Shown: positions 9,308 to 18,864 of the stretch, one piece after another
How the letters are laid out: every line of letters begins with the position of its first letter
Position numbering within the stretch: position 1 is the first letter of the stretch
Assembly: GCA_041671225.1 (NCBI GenBank)
Contig: JBAZBY010000001.1
Span: 690,060 to 754,059 of the forward strand
Source: Patescibacteria group bacterium
GTDB lineage: Bacteria; Patescibacteriota; Patescibacteriia; JBAZBY01
Reading direction: 5' to 3'
Length of the DNA stretch: 64,000 bases
The notes under the pieces: model-generated
Seen by the model: the letters and a program-made list of their open reading frames with translations, nothing else
What the model was told of the DNA's origin: nothing
The model's database searches: none
Translations under genes and position numbers: made by a program

Positions 9308-9556
9308 GGTTCTGTCCTCTTTCTAGATGGGGCGTTTCACGGCCGCTCACCTGTTCGTACTGATCCGTTATGGAGTGGGGAAGAGAAGCCTTCCTCGCAC
9401 TGGACACAATTGTCCATCAAGTGAACATATCATCATACCACTTCCTCAATATTTTGTCAAGTACCACTTGAAAAGCCTTTAAAACAATGTCACCCTGAGC
9501 CCTTCGACCACCTCAGGACATGTTTGTAGAAGGGCGGAATTGGTCTTAGAATTGTC

Positions 9557-9862
9557 ATGGTGGCGGAAAGCCACTATTTTATGCAGTATTTCGTATACAT
9601 CCTCACGAATAAGCGTAATGGAACGCTATATATTGGTGTTACGAACAATCTGGAACGACGCATGGTTGAGCATAAACAGAGGCTAGTTGAAGGTTTCTCC
9701 AAAAAATATGAATTGCACCAGCTTGTCTACTTTGAAAATACAAAGAGTATTGAAGCTGCGATATGGAGAGAGAAGTGTCTGAAGAAGTGGTACCGGAAGT
9801 GGAAAATACGGCTTATTGAGGAACAGAATCCTGAGTGGATGGATTTGGCTGAGGATTTTTGA
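9557..9862 (+). CDS. GIY-YIG nuclease superfamily protein (UPF0213/YhbQ-like)
   Basis: 'YFVYILTNKRNGTLYIGVTNNLERRMVEH' GIY-YIG motif; alternative start at 9581. Confidence 0.75.
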   Translation: MVAESHYFMQYFVYILTNKRNGTLYIGVTNNLERRMVEHKQRLVEGFSKKYELHQLVYFENTKSIEAAIWREKCLKKWYRKWKIRLIEEQNPEWMDLAEDF

Positions 9863-9866
9863 ATGT

Positions 9867-9891
9867 GGATGCCCGCCTACGCGGGCATGAC
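9867..9891. repeat. REP-like element copy B1 (reverse complement GTCATGCCCGCGTAGGCGGGCATCC)
   Basis: same GTAG loop and stem as copy A1; begins 5 nt after the GIY-YIG stop. Confidence 0.6.
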
Positions 9892-9898
9892 AAAAGGG

Positions 9899-9914
9899 TA
9901 CGCGGGCATGACAA
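9899..9914. repeat. half-copy of a REP-like element (tacgcgggcatgacaa), tandem duplicate of the B1 3' arm
   Basis: direct repeat of cgcgggcatgacaa at 9881-9894 and 9901-9914. Confidence 0.5.
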
Positions 9915-9938
9915 CGCATAATTACTTCTTCTCCTAAC

Positions 9939-9949
9939 GTCATTCCCGC
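9939..9949. repeat. REP-like half-site GTCATTCCCGC
   Basis: 5' arm only. Confidence 0.4.
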
Positions 9950-9956
9950 TGCCCTG

Positions 9957-9980
9957 TCATTCCCGCGAATGCGGGAATCC
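9957..9980. repeat. REP-like element copy B3 (GTCATTCCCGCGAATGCGGGAATCC)
   Basis: perfect 7-bp stem TTCCCGC/GCGGGAA with GAAT loop. Confidence 0.6.
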
Positions 9981-10035
9981 ACTGTGGTTACTGGAACGGA
10001 TTCCAGATCTCCCTCGCTTTGCTCAATCGTCCAGA

Positions 10036-10587
10036 ATGACAGGGAAACAAAAGACGCCTATACTAATGCACATGCTTTTATACATCCTCATTATCTTCAT
10101 ATTTCTTGTCCTCGGTTCTGCGGCCGTTGCAGGATTTAAGGCTGCCCCGTATGTGCCAACACGCACAAAGGAGAAGGAGCGTATGCTGCGCCTTGCCAAT
10201 ATTCAGCCTGGCGAGACGGTCATTGATCTTGGTTCTGGTACGGGTCAGTTGGTGATGAGCGCTGCCAAGGATTATAAAGCTCGCGGCATTGGCTATGAGA
10301 TATCGATTCTTCCTTTTATCATTTCCGTCATTTGGAAGCTGTTGCGACCAGGCGTTTCAGCATCGTTTCACTTTAAGGACTTTTTTTCTGTGGATCTTTC
10401 ACATGCGGATGTGATTGTGTTTTTTTTAACACCCGGAGCAATGAAGCGCCTTGGTCCAAAACTCGCAAAGGAGCTCAAGCCAGGCGCACGCGTCGTTTCG
10501 CTCGCGTTTGCCATACCGGATCTTCCACTCACGCAAAAGGACAAGCCGCAGAGCAATGCAACACCGGTATTTGTGTACACAAAATGA
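10036..10587 (+). CDS. membrane-anchored class I SAM-dependent methyltransferase
   Basis: N-terminal TM helix; motif I 'VIDLGSGTGQLV'; 183 aa. Confidence 0.6.
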   Translation: MTGKQKTPILMHMLLYILIIFIFLVLGSAAVAGFKAAPYVPTRTKEKERMLRLANIQPGETVIDLGSGTGQLVMSAAKDYKARGIGYEISILPFIISVIWKLLRPGVSASFHFKDFFSVDLSHADVIVFFLTPGAMKRLGPKLAKELKPGARVVSLAFAIPDLPLTQKDKPQSNATPVFVYTK

Positions 10588-10667
10588 AGTGAGAAGCATA
10601 GGTTGACCCGCTTTCACAAAGTGTTACGGCAGGCAGGCAGCTACTTTAGCAATAGTAAGCAATAGAG

Positions 10668-10696
10668 TTGACAGTGCCGCTTTGCGTTGCTAGACT
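10668..10696 (+). promoter_or_regulatory. sigma70-like promoter: TTGACA, 17-nt spacer, TAGACT
   Basis: ttgacagtgccgctttgcgttgctagact, 44 nt upstream of the ATG at 10740. Confidence 0.4.
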
Positions 10697-10739
10697 GGCT
10701 CTGCAAAAAGAGAACGAAAATCCAAAAAAATCAAACAAT

Positions 10740-11330
10740 ATGCCAAGCGAAAAACAACTCAAACAGATAAAAGAACTCATCAATAATGCCCAGCTTGCCC
10801 TTGCCGAGGCCAACAAGCTGCTTGCTGATGTGGAGACAGAAGACGACGACGAGACAGAGCCAACAGCGAGTGCCGCTGAGCAGGCCAAATCATTGAACAG
10901 CTCCGAGGAAGATGGACAGAAAATCGTTGAAGGCGTGTTTGATGGTCAGCACATGGTGGGCCCGGATGGGAAGCAATACGCCGTCCCTGCGAACTATGCG
11001 TCCAAATCAAAGCTCGTTGAGGGTGACGTCTTGAAGTTGATCATTACCGAGGATGGCTCATTTATCTATAAGCAGATTGGGCCAGTGGAACGAAAGCGCA
11101 AAGTAGGCAAACTCATGAAGGATGCTGAGACGGGTGATTTTCGCGTGCTTTCAAATGGCAAGCAGTTCCGCGTTTTGCTGGCGAGCATCACGTATTTTAA
11201 AGGCGAGGTTGCTGATGAAGTGGTGATCCTTGTGCCGGAAAGCCGCGAGTCCCAGTGGGCTGCGGTTGAAAATATTATCAAAGAAGGAGGCGCTCCAGCG
11301 CCGGCCGCAGACGACCTCGATCTCGCGTAG
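10740..11330 (+). CDS. hypothetical protein with N-terminal coiled coil
   Basis: ATG start at 10740 (the ORF-track TTG at 10668 is the promoter -35); no known motif. Confidence 0.55.
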   Translation: MPSEKQLKQIKELINNAQLALAEANKLLADVETEDDDETEPTASAAEQAKSLNSSEEDGQKIVEGVFDGQHMVGPDGKQYAVPANYASKSKLVEGDVLKLIITEDGSFIYKQIGPVERKRKVGKLMKDAETGDFRVLSNGKQFRVLLASITYFKGEVADEVVILVPESRESQWAAVENIIKEGGAPAPAADDLDLA

Positions 11331-11393
11331 TCTTCACCCTTCCGTTGTTGTGGAACCTGTGGTACGCTGCACTTCGCGCATCATCCTTTTGTT

Positions 11394-13013
11394 ATGTCGA
11401 CAACACTGTATCGAAAGTACCGCCCACGCATCCTCGACGAGCTTGTAGGGCAGGACCATGTCAAAATTACCTTGAAGCAAGAAATTGCCTCAGGGAGACT
11501 TGCGCATGCATATCTCTTTACTGGTCCGCGCGGTGTTGGGAAGACAACCACAGCTCGTTTGATTGCGAGCGCGGTGAATGTCCCGGAAGGTTCAAAGAAG
11601 AAGGAGGATCAGGCGCGCGCAGAGAGCATCCTTTCCGGCAACTCGCTTGATGTTGTGGAAATTGACGCAGCGTCCAATCGCGGTATTGATGATATTCGCG
11701 CGTTGCGAGAAGGCGTGCTTATTGCGCCATCACATTTGCGGTTTAAGGTGTACATCATCGATGAAGTGCATATGCTGACGACGGAGGCTTTTAATGCCTT
11801 ATTAAAGACACTCGAAGAGCCGCCAGAGCATGCCATTTTTGTTCTTGCCACAACCGAAGTGCAAAAGCTTCCGCAGACCATCGTCTCTCGCTGTGAACGG
11901 TTTGATTTTCATCGGGTTTCCATTGAGCATCTTTTTGAACGCCTCACGGATCTTGCCGGCCGCGAGAAAGTGACGGTCGAAGCAGAAGTCATGCGCGCCA
12001 TTGCCATTGCCGCAGAGGGATCCATGCGAGATGCAGAGAGCGTTCTTGGTCAGATACTTGCGCTGGGAGAAAAGAATATCACGCGCGATATCGCCGCACT
12101 TGTGTTGCCCCATTCTGATCTTGCCCGCCTGTTGCAGCTCTTTGGCCATCTTGTGCACAATGAAACCGCGAGTGCAGTGCAGCTTCTGCGTGAGACCATT
12201 GAACAGGGAACGAACGTCTCATACTTCACAAAATCACTCGTGCAGTTCTTGCGCGGCGTGTTGTTGCGAAAGGTAGATGCGAGCCTGCAGCATGATGCGC
12301 TGCTTGGGCTCACCAAAACGCAACAAGAAGAGCTTGATCATATACTTGATGTCGTGACACCGCAGTACCTTGTGCATATTTTGGACGCGTTTCTTGCGGC
12401 AGCAAAGGATATTGACGCAACCTATGTGCCAGAACTGCCGCTGGAAATGGCGATCGTCGAGCTCACCACTGCAACCGAAGGAACACAATCCATGGAATTG
12501 CCGGCAGCAAGGGATGCAAAGGCGCCTGCTGCGGTGAGCGCGCCGGCACAAAGCACGAATCCCAAAAAGCAATCCACACAAAAAGCGAAGGATGCAGACG
12601 TATCAAAGAAGAAGGCTCGCGGGGCAGTATCTGCCGCTATCCTTCAACAATGGAATGCGCTTGTCGATCGTATACAAAAAGAGAATACCGGTCTCGCACT
12701 TATTCTGAATGTGGTGCACCCTATTGGCGTGGAAGGCGATACGCTTACTTTGGCTTGCCGCTATCGGTTTCATGCAGAACGTCTTGCTGAGCCATCGGTG
12801 CAAACGTACCTGCAAAATATCATCGAAGAAGTGACGGGTGAGAGATATACGATCGTCACTGATATCCAAGACGACATGCCGGCAGGAGAAAAAACTGCAG
12901 CACCCTCAAAAGCCGCGCCCGCAGCAGCACCAGAAAAGAAGCCAGAATCAACAGGGGATCTTTGGAAGGATGTTGTGGGAACCTTTGGTGACGATATCGT
13001 CCAGGAAGATTAA
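11394..13013 (+). CDS. dnaX: DNA polymerase III subunit gamma/tau
   Basis: 'YRKYRPR...VGQDHV', Walker A 'GPRGVGKTT', 'IIDEVHML', 'SRCERFDF' clamp-loader motifs; Ala/Pro/Lys-rich C-terminal linker. Confidence 0.9.
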   Translation: MSTTLYRKYRPRILDELVGQDHVKITLKQEIASGRLAHAYLFTGPRGVGKTTTARLIASAVNVPEGSKKKEDQARAESILSGNSLDVVEIDAASNRGIDDIRALREGVLIAPSHLRFKVYIIDEVHMLTTEAFNALLKTLEEPPEHAIFVLATTEVQKLPQTIVSRCERFDFHRVSIEHLFERLTDLAGREKVTVEAEVMRAIAIAAEGSMRDAESVLGQILALGEKNITRDIAALVLPHSDLARLLQLFGHLVHNETASAVQLLRETIEQGTNVSYFTKSLVQFLRGVLLRKVDASLQHDALLGLTKTQQEELDHILDVVTPQYLVHILDAFLAAAKDIDATYVPELPLEMAIVELTTATEGTQSMELPAARDAKAPAAVSAPAQSTNPKKQSTQKAKDADVSKKKARGAVSAAILQQWNALVDRIQKENTGLALILNVVHPIGVEGDTLTLACRYRFHAERLAEPSVQTYLQNIIEEVTGERYTIVTDIQDDMPAGEKTAAPSKAAPAAAPEKKPESTGDLWKDVVGTFGDDIVQED

Positions 13014-13906
13014 AGCACGAGTACGCGGAGCTTGATTGCTTCGTGCCAGATCCAGAAGCGTTCAAGAATAAAGAATATGGGCCACTTTACAAAGAAGATG
13101 GCGATATTGCGTTTGCCGTGTATAAGGTAGCGAAAAAAGAGAAACGGAATCACGATCGGGGAGAAAAGGAGTAAAAGATACGTAATCGGCCGAAGAATAA
13201 CACCAAAGGCAAATTGTTTGCGAAAGATCTGGTAGTGCCGGGGGTATTTCTTTTTCATATGCACCATCACGGCAGTATTGTGCGCGGCCGCGAGCAGCGC
13301 GGGTGCTGTCCATGCGCTTTTTTGGTGAAAAACGCGCGCAGAGGGCATGCGAAGAAAGTGATTGCCTGCAGCAACAGCGCGAATGCCGAGTTCCGTATCT
13401 TCATTATTAAAGCGATCATAGAATGCATCAAATCCGCCAAGATTCATAAAGACTATTGCACGGTATGCCATGTTGCTCGTGCTGGGCCACACGGCATTGC
13501 GATTTTGCACAACGCGTTCCGGGAATGCGCCGCGGTAGTGATCTGCAACGTAGCGCGTTTCCCCGATGACAAACGCAGTAGAGTCTTTTGCAAATCCATT
13601 CCGTAACTCTGCAAGCCAGTTCGGCGCTGCAGTGCAGTCATCATCAATGAATGTGATAAGCGCATGCGTTGCAGCGCGGACGCCGCGATTTCTCGTTTCA
13701 GATTTTCCTTGTTGTGTCTCATTTTCCAGGAGCCGAAGATTTTGCACAGCATTTTCATTGAGGAATTCCCGCGTGCCGTCAGTGGATGCGTCATTGACCA
13801 CGATGATCTCAAAGGGACCTTGTTGTTTCTTCAACGACGCGAGACACTCTTTGAGCAGATCTCGGCGGTTTCGCGTTGGGATGACGATGCTAATCGGTTC
13901 TGGCAT
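13010..13906 (-). CDS. family 2 glycosyltransferase
   Basis: 'ISIVIPTRNR', 'VVNDASTDGT' GT-A motifs; hydrophobic C-terminus. Confidence 0.8.
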   Translation of the reverse strand: MPEPISIVIPTRNRRDLLKECLASLKKQQGPFEIIVVNDASTDGTREFLNENAVQNLRLLENETQQGKSETRNRGVRAATHALITFIDDDCTAAPNWLAELRNGFAKDSTAFVIGETRYVADHYRGAFPERVVQNRNAVWPSTSNMAYRAIVFMNLGGFDAFYDRFNNEDTELGIRAVAAGNHFLRMPSARVFHQKSAWTAPALLAAAHNTAVMVHMKKKYPRHYQIFRKQFAFGVILRPITYLLLLFSPIVIPFLFFRYLIHGKRNIAIFFVKWPIFFILERFWIWHEAIKLRVLVL

Positions 13907-13971
13907 GTTTGTAGATTACCATATTCTTGTATACAAAACCGCCCTTGCGGGCGGTGTTGTGTGTTTCGTAC

Positions 13972-14352
13972 CTATGCGTGGTGGTCTGCTTCGTCAGCTT
14001 CTGCTTCTTTCTTCGTCATGTGAATCGTTCCATCTTTATGTGCAGGAGGGGAATACACCGTATAGAGCAAAAGCGGTTCATCGCCGGTATTGAGAATATT
14101 ATGCGCGGTACCCTGAGGAATCACCACGGCGTCGCCATCCTTCAGAGCAAAGTCTTCACCATCAAGAATTGCCTTGCCCGTGCCGCGTTCAATACGAATG
14201 AATTGATCGAGCTCGTGCGTCTCCATGCCGATCTCTTCGCCAACCCTCAGGTTCATAACAACAAGTTGACTGTTTGGCGCAGTATAGAGCACCTTTCGAA
14301 AATTCGTGTTTTCTTCTGTTTCGTTTTCAATATTTGTAATGAATCCAGCCAT
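13972..14352 (-). CDS. cupin domain protein
   Basis: two-motif cupin signature (G..H.H...E...G, 'GDAVVIPQGTAHNI'); 126 aa. Confidence 0.7.
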   Translation of the reverse strand: MAGFITNIENETEENTNFRKVLYTAPNSQLVVMNLRVGEEIGMETHELDQFIRIERGTGKAILDGEDFALKDGDAVVIPQGTAHNILNTGDEPLLLYTVYSPPAHKDGTIHMTKKEAEADEADHHA

Positions 14353-14411
14353 AGCATCTCCTTTGATTAATCGTTATACCCTAATTTTAGTATACCAAAC
14401 ATAGCACTATT

Positions 14412-15389
14412 CTACCCCTTTTCGATTTGAGGTGCGGTAGCAGATATCTGACTTTTCATGTTGGCAATAACAAGGATTGCGCCGAGTACTAGAATAGCGC
14501 CAATCCATTGCGCGAGAGTAAGTCCCTTATCATGTATAAAATACTCAAGAACGATGGCACTCACTGGAAACATCATTTCATAGATGATCGAACGTGATGC
14601 GGTGACGCGCTTCAATCCCCAATAATAGATAAAGATAGCCGTGCCTCCGGTGGTGAGGGCGATCACGACAAATGCAAAAATGATATTCCAGCTTAACACC
14701 GAGAAGCCAGAAAATCCTGCGTATCCCGTATGAATGTCGAGGCTATTGAGGAGCGCAATGATCAGGATAATGATTGCCATGATCCCTGTCGTGATGGTGA
14801 AGCGTAACGCTGTACCAAGCCCGTGGCTCACCTTGGCGATGGCGCTCTTTGAAAATACGGTCGAGGAACCAAAGGAGAATGCCGCAAGCAAAGCAAGGAG
14901 CGCGGGGGTAAGCATGCCCTCTGCGTTGAGATTTGGTTTCTCAAAACCAAAAGTGAGAAAATAACTGCCAAGCAGCGCGATCAATGCCCAGAGGTAAAAA
15001 GGTTTTTTTGGCCGCTCTTTAAGAAGAAGATACGCAAGGAGAATGGCAAAAATGGGCTGGAGTTTTTGAATAAGGAGAACGACAGCAATATTGAGACCGT
15101 TGGTATAGACAAAGATAATTGCCCCAATGATCGCCATGGTGCCCGCTGCCCCGCCAAAGATTCCGACGAGGGAAAAAGAGATCCAGTCCTTTTTCTGCAG
15201 TCGTGCGAGTTCATGTTTTCGACTAAAGAAAAAGTACAAAAGAAAAAGAGACGAAACCGCGTGAAGCATAAAAACGAACGTTGGGACGTCCGAAAGTCCT
15301 AGATCCAGCACCCAAGGGGTGAGTAGAACGCCGTCAAGCGCCCAGAGGAACGCCGCAAAGAGAATTGCACCGGCAGCAAAAAAAGCCAT
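14412..15389 (-). CDS. EamA/DMT family transporter
   Basis: 10 predicted TM helices in two 5-TM halves. Confidence 0.75.
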   Translation of the reverse strand: MAFFAAGAILFAAFLWALDGVLLTPWVLDLGLSDVPTFVFMLHAVSSLFLLYFFFSRKHELARLQKKDWISFSLVGIFGGAAGTMAIIGAIIFVYTNGLNIAVVLLIQKLQPIFAILLAYLLLKERPKKPFYLWALIALLGSYFLTFGFEKPNLNAEGMLTPALLALLAAFSFGSSTVFSKSAIAKVSHGLGTALRFTITTGIMAIIILIIALLNSLDIHTGYAGFSGFSVLSWNIIFAFVVIALTTGGTAIFIYYWGLKRVTASRSIIYEMMFPVSAIVLEYFIHDKGLTLAQWIGAILVLGAILVIANMKSQISATAPQIEKG

Positions 15390-15835
15390 AGAGCAGTATT
15401 AATAGGTAACGTGCGTAGTATATCATGTTTTGCCTTGCGTTGTGTTTCTCCGTTGTTGCTCCATCGGTGGCGTACATATAAAAAAGTGTCCGAGCCCCAC
15501 ACAGAGTGGCGGGGCCCGGACGGGGGTCAAAACGTACACGGAACAGTCTGTTCCGCGGTGTCCGGAGGATCATCCTGGCATGCAAGGACACGCCCACACC
15601 AGGACTATCCCTGTTCTTTTTCACGCGGGCTGCGGAAAACCGGGAATCGTTTCCCGCAACGCACCGAATGTTCAGGAGCAACATCCGGTCATGACGTTCT
15701 AGCACGTCTGAAAAAAAATGTCAAGAGGACGTACGGAATGACCACGCGTGTGCAATTTCATGGTCTGCTCAGCAAATGCCGAAAGGAGCAATGCTCCCTG
15801 GAGTACTGCAAACGAGATTAAAATATAGTGTCATG

Positions 15836-17065
15836 CTACCCGAACATCAACCATTCGGGCTTGAGAAGAAGTAGTATGCCGAGGAGCAAGAGAATACTGC
15901 CCCCGATGATATGTGACGCCCGCGCATACTTTCCCGTGACGCCCGCCACCTGCAAGGTCTTCATCGCGATGAAGAACACGAGCAGATCATCCAGCATGAA
16001 GATGAAAATATACAGCAACAGGTAGAGATAATACTGCCATGCGGGAAGGTGTGAAAGCGCGAGCACTTGCGTATATACCGCCGGAAGGCCGGCAGAGCAA
16101 ATAAGTTCCACAAGGTTCACGGCAGCGGCAAGAAGGATAATGCCGATAAGCGCGAGCCAGAAGCGCTGTTCCTGTGCAATGCGGCGCAGCCGGTCAAAGA
16201 TCTTGCGCCGGTTTTCCTGCCCGGTTACCTTGCACGTGGCATCGCGGTTCTGGAAGAACTCCTTGAGATAATAGATACCGCCGGCAATGGCAATGAATCC
16301 GATCGCTACCCGCACCCAGACCACGAACCCGATGAAGAGTAAAAGGTTGAGCCATGCCGCGAGGAAGAGAAAGTACACCGCTCCGGATGTCACAATGAAC
16401 GCGCCGCCAAGCGCCCAACGCCGCCGTGCGTTGGGCATACCCACCAATAAACCGATGAGGAATACCAATGTCCACATGGCGCACGGGTTAAAGCCATCCA
16501 GCGCGGCGATTCCCACAGTGAGCAATGGAAGTGAGAATGCCTTTGGATCGATGCTGCCGAAGAAAGGTACGTGCACGCGATCCGCAGACGGGTCATCTGC
16601 TGTCTCCGCTGGGACGTCCGCCTCCGGCTGCTGCGGTTCCGGATCATCCGCAATTGTCACGATCGAGGCAACGGGATCTGCACAGGGCGTCGCAATACAC
16701 TCCTGAATGCGTTGCTCGATCTCCGCGCCGGTCGTCTCATCGGTGTAATACCCGGGAATGTACTGCCCGCCAATAATGGCGACGGGAACGCCGGAAACAT
16801 CAAGCGAAAGTGCATTGCCAACAGCGGAAAGCAACGCGCGATTTTCCGCATCGTGCCACACCTCCAGCGCATGTACGCGCATAGAAGGATAACGCTCCTG
16901 GATCTGTTCAAGAAAGGATTCTTCTTTTGCGCAATGCGGGCAGCCATCCCCCCAGAAGAAATAGACATCCACGGGGTGTAAGACATCTTCCTGCGCGCGC
17001 GCAGCAAACGGAATGATACCAAGAAAGAAAGAAATGATGAGAAAAAAGATGGATAAACGCTTCAT
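15836..17065 (-). CDS. thioredoxin-fold domain fused to a CcdA/DsbD-like membrane domain (thiol:disulfide interchange)
   Basis: signal peptide; 'WGDGCPHCAKEE' CxxC; membrane domain with 'DGFNPCAMW' and a second Cys ('ELICSAG') typical of DsbD/CcdA. Confidence 0.75.
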   Translation of the reverse strand: MKRLSIFFLIISFFLGIIPFAARAQEDVLHPVDVYFFWGDGCPHCAKEESFLEQIQERYPSMRVHALEVWHDAENRALLSAVGNALSLDVSGVPVAIIGGQYIPGYYTDETTGAEIEQRIQECIATPCADPVASIVTIADDPEPQQPEADVPAETADDPSADRVHVPFFGSIDPKAFSLPLLTVGIAALDGFNPCAMWTLVFLIGLLVGMPNARRRWALGGAFIVTSGAVYFLFLAAWLNLLLFIGFVVWVRVAIGFIAIAGGIYYLKEFFQNRDATCKVTGQENRRKIFDRLRRIAQEQRFWLALIGIILLAAAVNLVELICSAGLPAVYTQVLALSHLPAWQYYLYLLLYIFIFMLDDLLVFFIAMKTLQVAGVTGKYARASHIIGGSILLLLGILLLLKPEWLMFG

Positions 17066-17256
17066 ACGGATTCAAAAAGCATGGTAAAGAGGTACCCCAT
17101 CATGATGATGCCGAAACCGACCACACCGGCAAAAACGCCTACCCGCGCTTTGAGTTGATCGTCGGTGAGATCCGGATGCTTTTTCTTCATCTCATTCCAG
17201 TATTTTTGATAGATATTCCGCTGTACATCACGAGAGCGAAAACCATCAAAGCACAA
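17062..17256 (-). pseudogene. gene fragment: duplicated internal segment of the vanX-like dipeptidase gene
   Basis: encodes 'FDGFRSRDVQRNIYQKYWNEMKKKHPDLTDDQLKARVGVFA', near-identical to residues 63-105 of the full gene at 18208-18864; it then diverges. Confidence 0.5.
17128..17250. repeat. 124-bp direct repeat, copy 1 (about 94 percent identical to 18541-18664)
   Basis: aligned by eye; about 7 mismatches. Confidence 0.8.
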
Positions 17257-17273
17257 CGCTTTGCGAATAAATA

Positions 17274-18206
17274 CTATTCAATACGACGCCACGTATCCCT
17301 GAAAAGGGTCGTGGGAGTGTTGCCATCTTCCTGCTTCCGGAATTGCCACATCCATGACTGCGAAAAAAGAAGATCATTGAGCATTCCTATGGTCGCGCGA
17401 GGATAGCGGGCAAACTTCTTCAAGAGCACGAACCAGACCTTTGGATTCCTGGGTATTTGTTGTTTCATCCTCGCCAGCCAGTATTCTGACGTCCAATGGT
17501 AATCTTTTGTCCCATCTTCACTGTGTTCCAGTATGAAATGCCCCTGTGCACACTCCTGTAGCTGTCCGCGCATCGGATACCATCCACCAAAATCCTCCAA
17601 AAGAACTCTGGCAAAATGATACTGTGTGGAGCCGCGTTGCTGCTTGTTTGCGCCTTGGATGATGACGCTGGGGTCGGGCGGCTGATTGAAATGCAAAACG
17701 GTCGTTGCCAGATATCCTCCTGGTCTGAGTATTCGTTGGAAGATCGCAAACATCGTTTTGTAGATGTTGTTCTGCTTTCCCTGCAGCGTATCCTGCACTT
17801 GGACAAAATGTTCAATAGAGCCATTGGCAATGACTCCATCGAATCGCCCAGCCCAATCTTTTGGAATGTTCTGGTAGTTCATCAGATGCACTTCAAGGCC
17901 CTTATGCTGTGCTCGCTTTACCTGCTGCGCAGAGATCGTGATCCCCACGGCATGTGCTCCGCGCTTCTGTGCTGCTGTGAGTATTCTCCCATTGCCGCAC
18001 CCAACATCAAGGATGGTACTTCCTTTTGTGCAATGGATCTGATCCAGCAGCCATTCCGCTTGATTCGCCTGTGCTTGTATGTATGGTAGATTTGGATTTC
18101 CAAAATACTTTCCGTCCGTAAAATCTTCCACACCACCGGAAAACGCAGCATCAAAAAGATCATAACATCGAATGACCGTTCGTGATGTGACTTGGGAGGA
18201 GTCCAT
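17274..18206 (-). CDS. class I SAM-dependent methyltransferase, cyclopropane-fatty-acyl-phospholipid synthase-like
   Basis: 'ILDVGCGNGRI' motif I, 'GRFDGVIANGSIEHF'; real start at the ATG at 18206 (MDSSQ); the ORF-track N-terminal extension is read-through. Confidence 0.7.
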   Translation of the reverse strand: MDSSQVTSRTVIRCYDLFDAAFSGGVEDFTDGKYFGNPNLPYIQAQANQAEWLLDQIHCTKGSTILDVGCGNGRILTAAQKRGAHAVGITISAQQVKRAQHKGLEVHLMNYQNIPKDWAGRFDGVIANGSIEHFVQVQDTLQGKQNNIYKTMFAIFQRILRPGGYLATTVLHFNQPPDPSVIIQGANKQQRGSTQYHFARVLLEDFGGWYPMRGQLQECAQGHFILEHSEDGTKDYHWTSEYWLARMKQQIPRNPKVWFVLLKKFARYPRATIGMLNDLLFSQSWMWQFRKQEDGNTPTTLFRDTWRRIE

Positions 18207-18207
18207 A

Positions 18208-18864
18208 TTATATTCTTGGCGCCTCTTTGATCTCCCCGTACATGGCATGCGGCTTGTGCAGCGTGTATGCCCACAACTGATTGCCATAGTCAAAATGCCA
18301 CCACTCATCTTTGTCCTGTCGAAATTCTGCCGCATCCATGGCTTCGCGCAAGCGCTTGCGATTCTGACGCACTGTCTCATTAATGGAATAGTTCTCGTAG
18401 TAGAATGCCGCCGCCTCCGGTCCAAAGTGATCAAACGCTGTTCCCATGGCGAGCTCATTGCCGTTTTTGTCGGCAAGTGTGAGATCCACTGCCCCTCCTG
18501 TGCTATGAGGAGGAATGCGGCTTGGCTGGTCCGGGTCTGTGGCAAAAACACCTACCCGCGCTTTGAGCTGATCGTCAGTGAGATCCGGATGCTTTCCCTT
18601 CATCTCATTCCAGTATTTTTGATAGATATTCCGCTGTACATCACGAGAACGAAAACCATCGAAGATCTTGATGCGAAAACCGGGAAGGCAGCGTTGCACC
18701 TCCATCAGCCGCTCAACAACGCCTTGGCGCAGGAACATGCGTTCATCCTGCGAAAGCTTTTGTTGAAAGTAGGAAGGCTCCAAGACAAGAACATTCTGAT
18801 CCAAGGCGACCAAAGGCTCATTCGATTCAAGAATTGGGATGGATTCAAATGCAATAAGGGTCAT
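18208..18864 (-). CDS. D-Ala-D-Ala dipeptidase (VanX/DdpX, M15D family)
   Basis: 'IFDGFRS', 'STGGAVDLTL', 'EWWHFDYG' zinc-ligand and catalytic motifs aligned to VanX. Confidence 0.8.
   Translation of the reverse strand: MTLIAFESIPILESNEPLVALDQNVLVLEPSYFQQKLSQDERMFLRQGVVERLMEVQRCLPGFRIKIFDGFRSRDVQRNIYQKYWNEMKGKHPDLTDDQLKARVGVFATDPDQPSRIPPHSTGGAVDLTLADKNGNELAMGTAFDHFGPEAAAFYYENYSINETVRQNRKRLREAMDAAEFRQDKDEWWHFDYGNQLWAYTLHKPHAMYGEIKEAPRI
18541..18664. repeat. 124-bp direct repeat, copy 2 (inside the vanX-like coding sequence)
   Basis: see copy 1. Confidence 0.8.
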
